Assembly (NCBI GenBank): GCA_028285245.1
Contig: JANQPY010000036.1
Coordinates: 11,395 to 75,394 of the forward strand
Origin: Gammaproteobacteria bacterium
GTDB taxonomy: Bacteria; Pseudomonadota; Gammaproteobacteria; Steroidobacterales; GCA-2729495
Direction: 5' to 3'
Length of the DNA: 64,000 nt
The notes under the pieces are model-generated. The model saw only the letters and a list, made by a program, of their open reading frames with translations. It had not been told where the DNA came from and ran no database searches. Position 1 is the first letter of the stretch; the number at the start of each line of letters is the position of its first letter. Shown piece by piece: positions 27,563 to 37,193 of this stretch. Both the position numbers and the translations under genes were made by a program.

Positions 27563-28137
27563 CGAACGCACTACAACTCCCGCGACGGTGCCGCGAATCA
27601 GAACAGCGGCGAAAGACTTTATTCATCACCAGCCTGCTCGGTCTCGCCGCGCTGTCGCTTACCGGCTGCGCTGATGCGCCGACAGCTTCGGGTGCTGCTG
27701 ATCACGGCAGCGTCGATTCACCCAAAGCCGGCTACGTATATGCGAGCGTTGAACACGTGTTCGACGGCGATAGCTTCTCTGCCCGAGCCGCCGACGGCAA
27801 GCCCCTAGAGGTACGCGCCGCGGAGATTGACGCACCTGAAAAAGGGGAGCCGTATGCCAACAGGGCCCGGCAGCGCGCCCGCCAGCTGCTGAACGGCAAA
27901 CAAGCAGCTATCCGTCAGTTTGACGTGGACCGGTATGGCCGCATCGTCGGGCGCGTGTTTGTTGACGGCACCGACTTGAGCGCAACACTGGTAAGCGAGG
28001 GACTGGCGGGCGTGCACCGCCGCTACGCTGAAGATCAACGCCTCTACGCGCTTGAAGCCGAGGCCCGGGAAGCACGCCGCGGCTTCTGGAGCACCGACTA
28101 CCGCCCGCGCGGCGTCCTGGCGAAACAAAGGGACTAG
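27559..28137 (+). CDS. thermonuclease (staphylococcal nuclease-like) lipoprotein
   Basis: Lipobox LSLTGCAD. SNase blocks 'VFDGDSF', 'RAAEIDAPEKGEPY', 'DRYGRIVGRVFVDGTDLSATLVSEGLA'. GTG start overlaps the upstream stop. Confidence 0.85.
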   Translation: MTNALQLPRRCRESEQRRKTLFITSLLGLAALSLTGCADAPTASGAADHGSVDSPKAGYVYASVEHVFDGDSFSARAADGKPLEVRAAEIDAPEKGEPYANRARQRARQLLNGKQAAIRQFDVDRYGRIVGRVFVDGTDLSATLVSEGLAGVHRRYAEDQRLYALEAEAREARRGFWSTDYRPRGVLAKQRD

Positions 28138-28276
28138 CGCCTGATCACGACAAAGGGGGAGCGCGCGGATTGGCGAAGGCTGGAAAAGAAATAGAGCGCA
28201 GCGGGCCATCGGAAGCAAGGCATAGATGGGCTGCGACTTTGCAAGCAACCCGGTTTTCGATAGAACCGCGCTGAGC

Positions 28277-29062
28277 TTACTCCGCCGGCCGCACCGCGTA
28301 GTCACCCCGCGGGCCCGTGCCTTTGCGCAAGTAGTACTCGAATACCCCGTCCCGATCGCCGGCCAGGAACGGCACCATGTAGAGCACTGCCATGCCCTCG
28401 AGATATCGCGCGTGACGGAGCGGCCCGAGATCGGCTGTTTCAAAGCCCAGCTCACGCACCAACGCCATTACTCGCCGCTTGGCCGCATCGTCGTCACCAA
28501 CGACTGGCACGGTAACCGGGCCTCCGGCCAGCAAGGGGTCGGCCATGATGTGCGCACCGATCGCGTTAAAGGCTTTCACGACACGCGCTCCGGGCGCCCA
28601 CTCCTGCACTAGCTCTGCCGACGAAGCATTGACGGCCATCTCCATTTGACCGCCGGGGCCCATGCGCAGTGGATTAGTGACATCAATAATCAACTTGCCC
28701 GCAAGATCCGGGACGCCCGCGAGCAGCACTTCCGTGGCATGCCAGGGAATCGCCAGCACAATGATTTCGGCAGCATCTGCCGCCTCCGGCACTGACGTTG
28801 CTCGACTTGCATCACCCGATCGCGCAACCAGCGCCTGGACAACATCGCGATCCGGCTCGCGCGAACCATAGACTACTGTGTGTCCCAGTTCAGCGAACCT
28901 CGGACCCAGGGCGCTGCCCACCCGTCCCGTCCCGAACACCGCCACAGTCTCAAGACCATTCACTGCGGGAGAGTTTTCCGCAACTGCACTGGGCGGGAGC
29001 AGCAGGCCGATCAGCAGAGCGGCCGGCGCTAACCGTCTCACGGTTTCAAGACACGGCCTCAC
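28277..29062 (-). CDS. NADP-binding Rossmann oxidoreductase (NADPH-dependent F420-reductase-like fold) with signal-like N-terminus
   Basis: Dinucleotide fold '[29 protein letters not shown]', preceded by '[20 protein letters not shown]'. Confidence 0.7.
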   Translation of the reverse strand: MRPCLETVRRLAPAALLIGLLLPPSAVAENSPAVNGLETVAVFGTGRVGSALGPRFAELGHTVVYGSREPDRDVVQALVARSGDASRATSVPEAADAAEIIVLAIPWHATEVLLAGVPDLAGKLIIDVTNPLRMGPGGQMEMAVNASSAELVQEWAPGARVVKAFNAIGAHIMADPLLAGGPVTVPVVGDDDAAKRRVMALVRELGFETADLGPLRHARYLEGMAVLYMVPFLAGDRDGVFEYYLRKGTGPRGDYAVRPAE

Positions 29063-29875
29063 TTAGCCGTTGGCAACCTGACGAACCAAACCATCGGCAG
29101 AACGGTCCAGCTGGAGACCCGCAAAGTCGAACAGTTTGGTATCCGCAAGCTGGCTCGGCGCAATGTTCTGCATCGCCCTTAGGATGGCGTCAATACGACC
29201 AGGGGTCGCCTGCTCCCAGGCCTGCAGCATGGCTTTCACCTGCTGACGCTGAAGGTTTGGCTGAGAACCGCAGAGATTGCATGGGATGATCGGGAATGCG
29301 CGTAGTTCCGCATAGCGGGCCAGGTCCCGTTCGGCACAGTAAGCCAGCGGCCGAATGACCACATTGCGTCCGTCGTCCGCCCTCAGCTTGGGCGGCATAG
29401 CTGCAAGCCGGGAACCAAAAAACATGTTAAGAAAAAGCGTCTCAACGATGTCATCTCGGTGGTGGCCGAGTGCGATCTTGGTTGCAGAAATCTTCTCGGC
29501 GAAACCGTAGAGCGTCCCGCGCCGAAGCCGCGAGCACAGACTGCAGGTCGTGCGGCCTTCTGGAATCTTCTCACGGACAATTGAATACGTGTCTTTCTCG
29601 ACAACGTGATACTCGATACCCAGAGTGTCCAGATACTCAGGCAAGACGTGACCCGGAAAACCCGGCTGTTTCTGGTCCATGTTGACGGCAACAATGTCGA
29701 AATCGACTGGCGCGCGTTGCCTTAGCAGCAGCAAAACATCGAGCAAGGCATAGGAATCCTTACCGCCCGACAGGCACACCATAATCCGGTCGCCGGCCTC
29801 TATCATGCGATAGTCTTCGATCGCCTTGCCCACGCTCCGGCACAACCGTCGCTGCAGTTTGTCGAGATTTGCCAT
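29063..29875 (-). CDS. ttcA: tRNA 2-thiocytidine(32) synthetase
   Basis: PP-loop 'VCLSGGKDS'. The N-terminus '[31 protein letters not shown]' parallels E. coli TtcA. I prefer ATG 29875. Confidence 0.9.
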   Translation of the reverse strand: MANLDKLQRRLCRSVGKAIEDYRMIEAGDRIMVCLSGGKDSYALLDVLLLLRQRAPVDFDIVAVNMDQKQPGFPGHVLPEYLDTLGIEYHVVEKDTYSIVREKIPEGRTTCSLCSRLRRGTLYGFAEKISATKIALGHHRDDIVETLFLNMFFGSRLAAMPPKLRADDGRNVVIRPLAYCAERDLARYAELRAFPIIPCNLCGSQPNLQRQQVKAMLQAWEQATPGRIDAILRAMQNIAPSQLADTKLFDFAGLQLDRSADGLVRQVANG

Positions 29876-29928
29876 GGTTACTGTTGGTGCGCCGCGGTCG
29901 AGGTAGCCAGGGAGTCGCTGGACCAAAC

Positions 29929-30414
29929 TCAGTTACGTTGCGGACTGATCAGATGGTCAAGCGACAGCTTGCCAGGGCCGTAGACCAGAACAGGCAGCAG
30001 CATTGCTGCCCAGGGGAGATGAAAATTCGCCCAGGCGTCGGGAATGGTCAACTGAATTACCAGGGTCATGGCCAGCAGGCCCAGCGCCGCGAAGCGCGTA
30101 CCCAGACCCAGGACCAGAAGAATGGGCAGGGCCGTCTCCCCCAAACCAGAAAGCAGCGCCATAAGATCGGGTGCCGGATAGGCAAACTCGCTGCCGAACA
30201 GATGCAGCTTGAACTCATTCGCGAACAGGTACTTGGCACCAGGCGATACTTCGAAGAAGCCGCTGAACTTTGTAAGCCCGGACTTCCAAAACGGCAGCGC
30301 TACTGTCACACGCAGGAGCAGCTGCACCAGCGAGGCGGGTATCTTGTTGGCCAGGCCCGCAAACCAGCTGAGTGGATTGCTTCTGATCAAGATCTGCTTG
30401 GTCGTGTCATTCAT
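29929..30414 (-). CDS. DoxX family membrane protein (fourth gene of the bufferin-type cluster)
   Basis: Four TM segments and the DoxX-like block '[19 protein letters not shown]'. ATG 30414 has AAGGA 8 nt upstream. Confidence 0.8.
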   Translation of the reverse strand: MNDTTKQILIRSNPLSWFAGLANKIPASLVQLLLRVTVALPFWKSGLTKFSGFFEVSPGAKYLFANEFKLHLFGSEFAYPAPDLMALLSGLGETALPILLVLGLGTRFAALGLLAMTLVIQLTIPDAWANFHLPWAAMLLPVLVYGPGKLSLDHLISPQRN

Positions 30415-30425
30415 TGTGAAGGTCC

Positions 30426-31196
30426 TTAACTTTCCTGCAGACGCCAACCGGTCACTGCGGCACTCTCAAGCAGGCCCTGCAGATTAATAGCCAAATCAAA
30501 ATGCGGATGTGACTCGCGGGCCAGAGCCGTCGCCGCGCCAAGCGTATCCGCAGCCTGCAAGGATCGCAAAAATACCAGCCCACCCGGGGGCAGCCGGTGA
30601 ACTTTTACTGCGTCCGCTGGACGCATCACCAGCGCGTCTTCGCCTTCGTCCTGAAGCTCGAGCAACTCGGTTCGCTCGCCGTCCGAATGCGCCTCCCACA
30701 GAGTGATGATGGGCCACTGTGAGTCCACCAGTTCCAAGGACGGATGCAAATCGAAGCTCAAACGCGGCACGTCGGCTTCTGCACAGTCCAACAGGCTATC
30801 CGGTTGCAGGCTTGCAGCATCTGCCGCGTGATAGGCGCGCCGGCGAGCCAGCTCCAGCCTGGCCACATCGGGCAGGTAAGGCAGGGAGTTCGCGGGCTCG
30901 AACGCGTGAATAAACTCTGGGAACTCCTGACCGTAATGCAGCAGCACAGGCGACTCGGGCAGGTGACTCTTAACAAAGACTCGGGCCATGGCAGCAAAGA
31001 ATTCCTCACCAACCAGCTGCTGTACCACGGGGAAACTCTGCGCCAGCGCCTCTATCAGGCTAACGTGGATGTTGTTGCGGTACACGTTGAAACGCTGCCC
31101 GGCCGTGACCGCGCCTGCATCAACTACCTCAGACGGCGGTGGCAACGATGCCTCGAACAGCGCCGTGCTGAATCGTTGCTGTAGCTCAGTGCGCAT
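30426..31196 (-). CDS. bufC: DUF2063 protein, MNIO partner (BufC-like)
   Basis: The DUF2063 N-terminal block 'QRFNVYRNNIHVSLIEAL'. ATG 31196 overlaps the bufB stop by 11 nt. Confidence 0.8.
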   Translation of the reverse strand: MRTELQQRFSTALFEASLPPPSEVVDAGAVTAGQRFNVYRNNIHVSLIEALAQSFPVVQQLVGEEFFAAMARVFVKSHLPESPVLLHYGQEFPEFIHAFEPANSLPYLPDVARLELARRRAYHAADAASLQPDSLLDCAEADVPRLSFDLHPSLELVDSQWPIITLWEAHSDGERTELLELQDEGEDALVMRPADAVKVHRLPPGGLVFLRSLQAADTLGAATALARESHPHFDLAINLQGLLESAAVTGWRLQES

Positions 31197-32088
31197 GGTT
31201 CGCCAGACAGGAGGACTCCTGCCTCCCAAGTGCAGCAGCCGCGGTCATCACCTCGCCCGCCAGTATGGACCAGGCAGGTAGCTCGTTGTCCCACTCCACC
31301 AGGACCGGGACTGCGCCGATCTGGTCTAAAGCAACGTCCAACAACTGCCATACGTCGTTTGCAACCAGACGATCATGACTGTCAATCAACAGATCAGCAC
31401 CGCCGGCATCAGCAGCGTGGCCGGCAACGTGTATCTCGCCCACCAGCTCGGCCGGAAATTGCTTGATGTAGTCCACCGCGTCAAAACCATGATTGTGTGC
31501 CGACACGAAGACGTTGTTGACGTCGAGCAACAGGCCACAGCCAGTCTTCGCAGAGACTTCGCGAAGAAAATCGATCTCTGAGAAACGGCTGGTGTCGAAG
31601 CGCAAATAAGTGGCCGGATTTTCCAGCAGCAGACTTCGCGCGAGATGCTCCTGCGCCAGCTCGACATGTTCGACGACACGTGCAAGTGCTGCATCATCGT
31701 AGGGCAACGGCAACAGGTCGTTCAGATACTTTCCGTCGTGCGCAGTCCAGGCCAGGTGCTCGGAAAACAATTCGGGCTGATAACGATCGATGAGCTTCCG
31801 CAGCCGCGTAAGATGATCACGGTCCAGGGGACCTTCACCACCAAGCGAGAGGCCTACCCCATGCAGCGACAGCGGGTAAGCCTCCCGCAGCGCTTCGAGA
31901 CAGGCGTGGGGCGGCCCACCGTCGCCCATGAAGTTTTCCGGATGCACTTCGAACCAGCACAGATCCGGATAGGCTTGTTCGTTTACTTCCGCGAGCGCGT
32001 CGCGGTAGTGAGGATTGCGCAGACCCGCACCGGCGCCCGCAAGCGCCGGTGCAGTCCTCGGGGCCGCTGGATTCGCGTGAGGCGTCAT
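31186..32088 (-). CDS. bufB: DUF692 multinuclear non-heme iron oxidative (MNIO) enzyme (BufB/MbnB family)
   Basis: DUF692 blocks are all present: GAGLRNPHY, WFEVHPENF, LHGVGLSLGG, FSEHLAW, LLENPATY, LLLDVNNVFVSAHNHG, EIHVAGH. Confidence 0.9.
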   Translation of the reverse strand: MTPHANPAAPRTAPALAGAGAGLRNPHYRDALAEVNEQAYPDLCWFEVHPENFMGDGGPPHACLEALREAYPLSLHGVGLSLGGEGPLDRDHLTRLRKLIDRYQPELFSEHLAWTAHDGKYLNDLLPLPYDDAALARVVEHVELAQEHLARSLLLENPATYLRFDTSRFSEIDFLREVSAKTGCGLLLDVNNVFVSAHNHGFDAVDYIKQFPAELVGEIHVAGHAADAGGADLLIDSHDRLVANDVWQLLDVALDQIGAVPVLVEWDNELPAWSILAGEVMTAAAALGRQESSCLANHAH

Positions 32089-32131
32089 GTCAACGCACGC
32101 TCACCAACAGCCGGGTCAACAGGCGCCCGGA

Positions 32132-32440
32132 TTAGGGCAGATCGCGATCCAGCGCGGTCAGGCTCCCCTTGCGGTCGCCGGGCAACTCGATCGATTCGCA
32201 GGTCCCTTTCGGAACGAGCTTCCAGGCATTGCCCTGATAGTCGACGACGGAGCTGCCAGAACAGGTTGTTCCGGGACCCGCGGCACAATCATTCTTGCCT
32301 GCCTCAGAGACGCCGAAGCACTTTTCCATCTCGCTTGAGTGGCCGCCCGCCACTGCATTGTTGGCGGTCAGCGAAACTGCTCCAACAGCCAGCGTCAGCG
32401 CGCCGGCGAGCCCGGCAGTCTGCTTGTAGATCGTCTTCAT
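32132..32440 (-). CDS. bufA: DUF2282 bufferin-type RiPP precursor (Sec signal plus 4-Cys core)
   Basis: Signal peptide [32 protein letters not shown]. Core '[26 protein letters not shown]...[12 protein letters not shown]' has the four conserved Cys of DUF2282 in the usual spacing. Confidence 0.85.
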   Translation of the reverse strand: MKTIYKQTAGLAGALTLAVGAVSLTANNAVAGGHSSEMEKCFGVSEAGKNDCAAGPGTTCSGSSVVDYQGNAWKLVPKGTCESIELPGDRKGSLTALDRDLP

Positions 32441-32562
32441 CAGATTGATTCCTCTAGCATTTATTAATGACGCCGCAATGCGGCCCCTCTCCTGTGAGCG
32501 ATACCCCGGCGAATAGTTCCCCAGGTACCGGACACAACGTCAGCCCTGCGGCCACCCGCAGG

Positions 32563-34749
32563 CTACCGCATAACGCGCACGGCGGTGGACTTAAACGCTG
32601 GCGTCTTGCTACGTGGATCCACGGTGGTGCCCGTAAGCACGTTGGCTTCAGGGAAGTACGCCATCAGATTGCCACGGGGCAAATCGAACGGGTGCACACG
32701 GACAGCGTCCATCTGGCCATGCGCCGAACGTAGCTTCACCCGGTCGCCCTCAGCCAGACCGAGCTCTGCCATATCCCGCGTGTTCATCATCACCGACCAT
32801 CGGTCGGTCGTACCGCGGTACGCATCGTCATACTCATACACGATCGTATTGAACTGCCCTTCACTGCGCGCCGTGGTGAGCGTGAATTCGCTGGCCTGCT
32901 CAGCCGGTGTGGCAACAACCCGAAACATGGCTTTGCCGGAAGGCGTATTGACTTCAGGCGTGTGCAGCAGGCGGCCGCGCACATGAAACTCGCGCCGCGC
33001 CACATCAATGTCTGCGAGTTCCTCCATCCCGGGCACGGTGCGAGCGATGGCCTGGCGAACCTTGCGATGACTGCCAAACTCACCAAAGTTCACTCGCGAG
33101 TCACTGACAATCCTTCCGCCGAGATCACTCAGAATATCGACCTCGGGCCGCACGCCATCCAGCCGATCAATACCGCCATCGCTGAGACGGACGAAATTGA
33201 ACATCGACTCCTGCGTTGTAGGCTGCCGCTCCTCGTCTCGCGCAGTTACCGGCAGAACCAGACATTCACCGGCATCGATGCCGTGCACATGTCCGGTGTT
33301 CAAGGTGGTTGTCAGGAACACCTTGAAACCGATGCGGTCCAGGGCGGCTGCGGTCCAGGCCGCATTGGGATTGGCGCCGTAGAGATTGCCCCCCATCATC
33401 AGTGCCACATCGATCTCGCCCCTGGCCGCGGCCTGCATGCAGGCCATCGTGTCCTTGCCAGCACCCTGAGGCAGTGAAACGCCCAGTTCGCTCTCAAGAC
33501 GGTGGAACACCTCTTCGGGCAGCACCGGCTTCACGCCGATGGTGCCGATGCCCTGGACGTTGCTGTGGCCACGCAGCGGCAACAGCCCCGCCCCGGGCCG
33601 GCCCAACATTCCGCGCAGGAGGGCCAGCGCGGTCAGCGCCTCGATGTTTTGCACACCATGCAGGTGATGCGTCAGCCCCATGCCCCAGGCGAATACCGCG
33701 TTTTTGGCGCGCGCATAGCAGGCGGCCGCGCGTTCGATATCTGCGCGGGACACGCCGCTGTGTTGCTCAATAGCCGGCCAGTCCTGACTTTTAATGTCGG
33801 CCAGGTAGTCAGTGAACCCCTCGGTGAAGCGGCCAATGAACGCATCGTCTGCGGCGTTGCTCTCGATTATTGCTTTGGCCAGTCCTTTAAACAGTGCGAT
33901 GTCGCCGCCGATACGTGGCTGGAGATACTCGCTGGCGATCCAGCTACCACCGGTGAGCATGGACTTGGCGCTGCGGGGCACGGCGAAGCGCACCAGTCCA
34001 GGCTCTTTGGCCGGATTAATAACCACGACCTGCCCGCCGCGGTCGCGACAAGCCTTGAGCTTGTGCATGAAACGCGGATGGTTCGATGCGGGATTGGCAC
34101 CCACCACGAAGATCAGGTCGCAACGATCAAGATCTGCGAGCTCTACCGTCGCCGTACCGGTGCCGATGGTAGCCCCGAGCGCAACGCTCGTGGCCTGATG
34201 GCAATAGTAGGAACAGTTGTTGACGTTGTTGGTCCCATACAGACGAGCCAGAAGCTGCAGAACGAAACCCGCCTCGTTAGATGAGCGTCCGGACGAATAG
34301 AAAAATGACCTGTCCGGTGATGTTTCTCGAAACCGCTGACCGGCGAGATCCATGGCCGCGCCCCACCCGATGCGTCGATAGCGTGGATCGCCGGCTGCCT
34401 TGTACAGTGGAAAGTTCAGGCGGCCCAGGTGCTCGAGCTGGTGGCCGTTGAGTTCCCTCAGCTCAGCCACCGGATGCTGGAAGATGGCTTCAGGAATCGG
34501 CGGCTGAATATCTGTGGACTGTGCCTGAACACTCTTGTTGCAGATGGCCGGAAACTCGCCCAGCTCATTCGTCATGCCACCGCGCTGTCCGCCCATCCCC
34601 AGCCCGCAGGCCTTGCAGGTGTTCTTCGTCTTGAGCGCGGTCGCGGTGTTTTTCAGGCCAATACGCTGCGCAGTCCTCAGCGTATAGAGGACCTTGCTGG
34701 CCCCGCCGCCAATGCGCGGGCGCGTGTGCTCGCTGGCAGGCTTGGTCAT
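32563..34749 (-). CDS. FdhF/YdeP family molybdopterin oxidoreductase
   Basis: N-terminal Cys cluster 'CKACGLGMGGQRGGMTNE...AICNKSVQA', and length typical of the YdeP subgroup. The start is ATG 34749 or the longer 34827. Confidence 0.85.
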   Translation of the reverse strand: MTKPASEHTRPRIGGGASKVLYTLRTAQRIGLKNTATALKTKNTCKACGLGMGGQRGGMTNELGEFPAICNKSVQAQSTDIQPPIPEAIFQHPVAELRELNGHQLEHLGRLNFPLYKAAGDPRYRRIGWGAAMDLAGQRFRETSPDRSFFYSSGRSSNEAGFVLQLLARLYGTNNVNNCSYYCHQATSVALGATIGTGTATVELADLDRCDLIFVVGANPASNHPRFMHKLKACRDRGGQVVVINPAKEPGLVRFAVPRSAKSMLTGGSWIASEYLQPRIGGDIALFKGLAKAIIESNAADDAFIGRFTEGFTDYLADIKSQDWPAIEQHSGVSRADIERAAACYARAKNAVFAWGMGLTHHLHGVQNIEALTALALLRGMLGRPGAGLLPLRGHSNVQGIGTIGVKPVLPEEVFHRLESELGVSLPQGAGKDTMACMQAAARGEIDVALMMGGNLYGANPNAAWTAAALDRIGFKVFLTTTLNTGHVHGIDAGECLVLPVTARDEERQPTTQESMFNFVRLSDGGIDRLDGVRPEVDILSDLGGRIVSDSRVNFGEFGSHRKVRQAIARTVPGMEELADIDVARREFHVRGRLLHTPEVNTPSGKAMFRVVATPAEQASEFTLTTARSEGQFNTIVYEYDDAYRGTTDRWSVMMNTRDMAELGLAEGDRVKLRSAHGQMDAVRVHPFDLPRGNLMAYFPEANVLTGTTVDPRSKTPAFKSTAVRVMR

Positions 34750-34934
34750 GGACTTACCGGACGATGCGTGACGCTCACTACTGGCGCTAAGCTCACAGCC
34801 GCTTTGCGCTCGATGGTAGGGTGGCACAAACCCAGCGGCAACCAGATCTGGCGGCCCTTCAAATCACCCGCCAAAACAGGGTTAAATCGCGGTTCAGGCA
34901 CACGGTTCCCAGCTCATATCCGGAGATAGTTCTC

Positions 34935-35531
34935 ATGCGTCAGTCATTTCTCGTACTACTCGTTTCCGCCACCTGTTTTTTCGCTGGCCCGGTTATGGCC
35001 GGTGGCCACAGCGGAAGCGCTCAGGGAGCCGCGGAGGGCGCTATGGGCGGTGGCGCCATGGCGAACCCGTTCAATCCCCAGCAGATGCCGGACATTGTGG
35101 CGCTCAAGGCCAAAGACGTGGAAAACATGATTGGCTCGGTCAAAGAACTTAAAGCGATTGGTATTGACTCGGAAATCGATGAAGACGCCGACATGAACAG
35201 CTGGGGTCAACAGCTCGCGCAAAACAACAGGGCCATGAATGTGCTTGACGACTACGGGTTCAACATCGAGAGCTTCCAGGAAGTTGCCTACAGCATCGCG
35301 ATGGCAATGGGCGCGGCCGAAATGAAAAAAAGCGGGGTTGGCTCGGCCGATCAGATGCAGCAACAGAAGCAGATGATGGAACAGCTAAAGGGGCAGATGA
35401 ACGCACAGCAGTTCGCGCAGATGCAGCAGCAGCTGGCTGCCGCAAACCAGATGATGGAGCAGATAAAAGACCAGCCGCCCGGCAACATCGCGCTCGTCGA
35501 ACAGTACCGGTCGCAGCTGGAAGCTCTCTGA
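34935..35531 (+). CDS. exported Met/Gln-rich hypothetical protein
   Basis: ATG 34935 with GGAGA 8 nt upstream and signal peptide MRQSFLVLLVSATCFFAGPVMAGG. The C-terminal region is 'MQQQKQMMEQLKGQMNAQQFAQMQQQLAAANQMMEQIKDQ'. Confidence 0.65.
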   Translation: MRQSFLVLLVSATCFFAGPVMAGGHSGSAQGAAEGAMGGGAMANPFNPQQMPDIVALKAKDVENMIGSVKELKAIGIDSEIDEDADMNSWGQQLAQNNRAMNVLDDYGFNIESFQEVAYSIAMAMGAAEMKKSGVGSADQMQQQKQMMEQLKGQMNAQQFAQMQQQLAAANQMMEQIKDQPPGNIALVEQYRSQLEAL

Positions 35532-35591
35532 GCCGATCTACATTTAGGCAGCGGGCAGGCTGAGATGTTATCGCCAGCGTAGCGAGGACCC

Positions 35592-36347
35592 ATGTTTGAG
35601 CTGGCTGGAGTCACCAAGCGCTATGGCGACGTGCTTGCGCTGGATGCGGTTGATCTTGAAATCGAATCAGGCACAACCTGCGTCCTCATTGGCCCATCCG
35701 GCTGCGGTAAATCGACGCTGCTGCGTACGCTGATCGGGCTGGTCCAGCCTGATCAGGGCCGCGTCAACATTGACAGTGAACGGGCAACGGCCAAACGCTG
35801 GCCGGAACTACGGCAGCGCATTGGCTATGTGGTGCAGGATGGCGGCCTGTTTCCGCACCTGACGGCCCGTGACAACGTCACGCTGATGGCCCGGCAGCTA
35901 GGGTGGACGGAAGCGCGGATAGCGGAGCGGACCTCTGCGCAGTGCGCGCTGACCAGCTTTCCGACGGATGCCCTCACGCGTTATCCCGGCGAGCTGTCCG
36001 GTGGCCAGAATCAAAGGGTCGCACTCATGCGCGCGCTGTTTCTGGATCCTCAGGTCTTGTTGCTTGATGAGCCCCTGGGCGCGCTTGATCCAATGATTCG
36101 CCACGGCCTTCAGGTCGATCTGAAGAGCATCTTTGACAAGCTGCACAAAACAGTCGTCATGGTGACTCACGACCTTGCCGAGGCCGCCTACTTCGCTGAT
36201 CAGATCATCCTGTTGCGCGACGGCCAGGTCGTGCAAAGTGGCAGCGCGGAAAGTCTCATGCAGCGCCCCGCGGAACCTTTTGTCACCCGCTTCGTCCAGG
36301 CACAACGGGCTCAGTGGGCAGCGCCCGATGCGCAACGCTCTCCCTGA
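35592..36347 (+). CDS. ABC transporter ATP-binding protein (OpuB/OsmV-like, no CBS domains), no cognate permease adjacent
   Basis: Walker A GPSGCGKST, signature LSGGQNQRV, Walker B LLLDEPLGALD, H-loop VTHD. Confidence 0.85.
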   Translation: MFELAGVTKRYGDVLALDAVDLEIESGTTCVLIGPSGCGKSTLLRTLIGLVQPDQGRVNIDSERATAKRWPELRQRIGYVVQDGGLFPHLTARDNVTLMARQLGWTEARIAERTSAQCALTSFPTDALTRYPGELSGGQNQRVALMRALFLDPQVLLLDEPLGALDPMIRHGLQVDLKSIFDKLHKTVVMVTHDLAEAAYFADQIILLRDGQVVQSGSAESLMQRPAEPFVTRFVQAQRAQWAAPDAQRSP

Positions 36348-37129
36348 TGGAACCGGCAGATCTTGTCCGCTTAAGCCAGGATGACACGCATGTAGTCCAC
36401 CGATCACAGCGCGAACCCGGGTTTGCAGTACGCGAAGCGCAGGGCGTGCGCTGGCTGACGAGTGCAGACGGCACGCTGCAGTCCGCGATGCGCATTGACG
36501 CGCCGGCCGACCCCGCCCTCCCCAATCATCTACTCATGCTGGCCGCCTTGCTGCTGTGTCCACAGCCGGAGCGCAGTCTTGAACTCGGCAGTGGGGTTGG
36601 CGCTATCGAGCGCTTTCTGGCCGACCGGTTTGCGGACACAACCCGCACCTGCGTGGACAGTTGTGCTGAGCTCACCCAGATCGGGCGAGAGTTCTTCGGC
36701 ATGCCCAGCGACTGGCAACCGGTGCAGATACGCGCCGCGGACTACCTGAAGCAATCTGATCAGCGCTACTCGCTGATCTTTGCAGATCTTTTTGACGGCG
36801 CCGCGCATTCGGACTGCGTTGCCGACGAGGCGTTCTACGCAGACTGCGCAGACCATCTGGAAGATGAGGGCGCAGTGGCGATTAACCTCTCGCCGGAGTC
36901 AGAATCGGACCTGCTTGCGCTGCTGCTGCAGATGCGAAAGCATCTGCCGTGGGTGTCGCTTGCAGCCGTGCCTGAACACGGCAATATTGTGGCGGTTGCC
37001 ACCAAGTCCGAACCGCCGGATGACGGTACGCTGCGACAACGAGCGAAGTATCTCGGCGAAAGCTGGCGACTAGATTTGGCCGGCGCCCTGCAGCGGCTGG
37101 AGCGCCTGCCCCCGCCAGCGGCCCAATAA
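36347..37129 (+). CDS. spermidine-synthase-like class I methyltransferase-fold protein
   Basis: ATG 36347 overlaps the upstream TGA (TGATG). SAM motif I 'SLELGSGVGAIERFL' and 'SLIFADLFDG'. Confidence 0.6.
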   Translation: MEPADLVRLSQDDTHVVHRSQREPGFAVREAQGVRWLTSADGTLQSAMRIDAPADPALPNHLLMLAALLLCPQPERSLELGSGVGAIERFLADRFADTTRTCVDSCAELTQIGREFFGMPSDWQPVQIRAADYLKQSDQRYSLIFADLFDGAAHSDCVADEAFYADCADHLEDEGAVAINLSPESESDLLALLLQMRKHLPWVSLAAVPEHGNIVAVATKSEPPDDGTLRQRAKYLGESWRLDLAGALQRLERLPPPAAQ

Positions 37130-37193
37130 AGTGCGGATATCCGGGCAGCCGAAACGACTCATCGGCACTACCGGAAACAGGAAACAACGTCAC

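Noticed and set aside
32543-32563. Intrinsic terminator after the YdeP-type gene, upstream of bufA
   Set aside because: A good 10-bp GC hairpin (GCCCTGCGG-CCAC-CCGCAGGGC) abuts the stop codon. It is followed only by a weak, interrupted U-tract (CUGACGUUGUGUC). That is not enough to call a rho-independent terminator.
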